A stretch of DNA of 55,185 nt, taken from NCBI GenBank assembly GCA_023474425.1, contig JAMCXX010000004.1, positions 1 to 55,185 on the forward strand, written 5' to 3'. The position numbers and the translations under genes are program-made. Shown piece after piece: positions 54,189 to 55,185 of this stretch. Position 1 is the stretch's first letter; each line of letters starts with the position of its first letter. A model generated the notes under the pieces. That model searched no databases, was not told the origin of the DNA, and was given only the letters and a program-made list of their open reading frames with translations. Source of the DNA: Patescibacteria group bacterium. Its GTDB lineage: Bacteria; Patescibacteriota; WWE3; JAMCXX01.

Positions 54189-54632
54189 CTACTTGCGGAA
54201 GGCCAAGAAGCGATAGCCCTGATGCCATCTGTCGTCAAACCACGGGAGGTAGAGGCCCCGGTGAGAACTGTGGCCCCACAGGTACGGAACGCTGCGATTG
54301 CCAACAGAAGCACGCCAAACCGAGCCAAGAGCCACGATAGGATATTCGCGCTGTTGATTGGGATGTTGGGCACCCAAAGCGAGAAGTTCTGCCAAAGTCC
54401 CAGCCCGCATTCCCATCTTGTCGAGTTCGGCGAGGACTTCATCTGACTCCATGTAGCGATCGAATTGGACGAGGACTGCTTCGAGGTTCGCCTGTCCCTT
54501 CCGCTGGGACGGAAAATTCTTGGAAGTGACATCGCTGTTGGCGTAGTCAAACTTCCCCGCCTTGACCACCACCTCGACCGATTGGTCGTAATCAACTCTT
54601 AACTTGAGCGTTGTCTGCGTCAAAGTGCTCAC
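54189..54632 (-). CDS. DGR target-like protein with a C-terminal variable region
   Basis: C-terminus is ALGSVW...GNRSVPYL......RGLYLPWFDDRWHQGYRFLAFRK. Strong AGGAGG RBS before a GTG start. Confidence 0.75.
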   Translation of the reverse strand: MSTLTQTTLKLRVDYDQSVEVVVKAGKFDYANSDVTSKNFPSQRKGQANLEAVLVQFDRYMESDEVLAELDKMGMRAGTLAELLALGAQHPNQQREYPIVALGSVWRASVGNRSVPYLWGHSSHRGLYLPWFDDRWHQGYRFLAFRK

Positions 54633-54791
54633 TCTCTCCTCCTTTCTGGGAGACTTACAGTTTGTCCTACGGGAATCCCAATTTGGCCAGGGTGTGTTTT
54701 GCCCGTAGGACAGGGTTTTTAATGTTAGGGATATATTAACACAAACAACCTATAATTGTCGAGGGGGTGTAAGAGCCAGTGAGATTAGCGG

Positions 54792-55185
54792 TTAAATCCC
54801 CTTACCGGCCCGAAGGTAGGCGGGGATGTCGAAGCGGTCGCCAGAAGCGGAATCGGGAAATGTTTCCGGAACACTCTCATCTTTAATGCGGCCGGTTTGA
54901 CGACGTCGGGAGTCAAAGCCGGTGGCCACCACCGTAATCTTAATACTGTCCGAAAGCGACTCGTCAATGGCCGCGCCAAAAATAATATTGGCTTCGCTAT
55001 CCGCCGCGTCGCTGACCACTCTGGCCGCTTCGTCCACCTCGTTCATGGTCAAATCTTTGCCGCCGGTCACATTAAAAAGAATCCCTTTGGCGCCGTCAAT
55101 AGTAACTTCCAAAAGCGGAGAAGAAATAGCCTGCTTGGCCGCGACCAGTGCCCGGTCCTCCCCCGAAGCCGTCCCCACACCCATT
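54792..55185 (-). CDS. ftsZ: Cell division protein FtsZ, C-terminal part (runs off the window edge)
   Basis: AISSPLLE..I.GAKGIL.N.TGG, NIIFGA.ID, ITVVATGF and the C-terminal FDIPAYLR. Confidence 0.97.
   Translation of the reverse strand, partial: MGVGTASGEDRALVAAKQAISSPLLEVTIDGAKGILFNVTGGKDLTMNEVDEAARVVSDAADSEANIIFGAAIDESLSDSIKITVVATGFDSRRRQTGRIKDESVPETFPDSASGDRFDIPAYLRAGKGI

Noticed and set aside
54640-54720. Riboswitch (e.g. c-di-GMP) upstream of the DGR target-like gene
   Set aside because: Only one 11-bp stem is evident and I could not match the conserved aptamer motifs. An Rfam search would be needed.
53813-54790. A complete, active DGR in this window
   Set aside because: The RT lacks its catalytic domains, and I found no AAC-rich template repeat or avd gene by eye.
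1-55185. CRISPR array or cas genes
   Set aside because: No regularly spaced direct repeats with unique spacers and no Cas-like ORFs were seen.
1-55185. Alternative genetic code (UGA=Gly, as in Gracilibacteria/Absconditabacteria)
   Set aside because: Core genes are full length in code 11, and several end properly at TGA (pgk, yraN, polX).

Overview
A gene-dense, genetic-code-11 bacterial chromosome segment. Its gene content and repeat style suggest a Patescibacteria/CPR genome (inference). The core genes are pgk, rplS, a Zn-finger ClpC/ClpE-type ATPase, a PolA lacking the 5' nuclease domain, gatCAB, htpX/lemA, polX-PHP, envelope and polysaccharide genes, a P-type ATPase, dinB, rsmI, rarA, rpmA/rplU, rodA, type-2 ileS, a PduO-nrdJ-nrdR B12-dependent RNR locus, the 3' end of ftsZ and four tRNAs (Asp, Gly, Val, Thr). 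Five things stand out. (1) At 1-3033 a serine recombinase sits beside a four-gene cassette bracketed by a 206-bp perfect inverted repeat. The repeat holds a putative recombinase C-terminal fragment and a multi-hairpin element whose last stem covaries between the two copies and ends in CCA. (2) Palindromic and heptamer repeats are inserted in frame in housekeeping proteins (GatB, DinB, IleRS, O-antigen ligase), and one of these elements also has an intergenic sibling. (3) A TTCGG-N6-TTCGG candidate SOS box lies upstream of both the dinB operon and rarA. (4) An island next to tRNA-Gly carries repeated orphan gene tails. (5) A diversity-generating retroelement (DGR) remnant comprises an RT C-terminal fragment and a convergent target-like gene, with no template repeat (TR) visible. 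All family assignments come from motif recognition by eye; no database searches were run.
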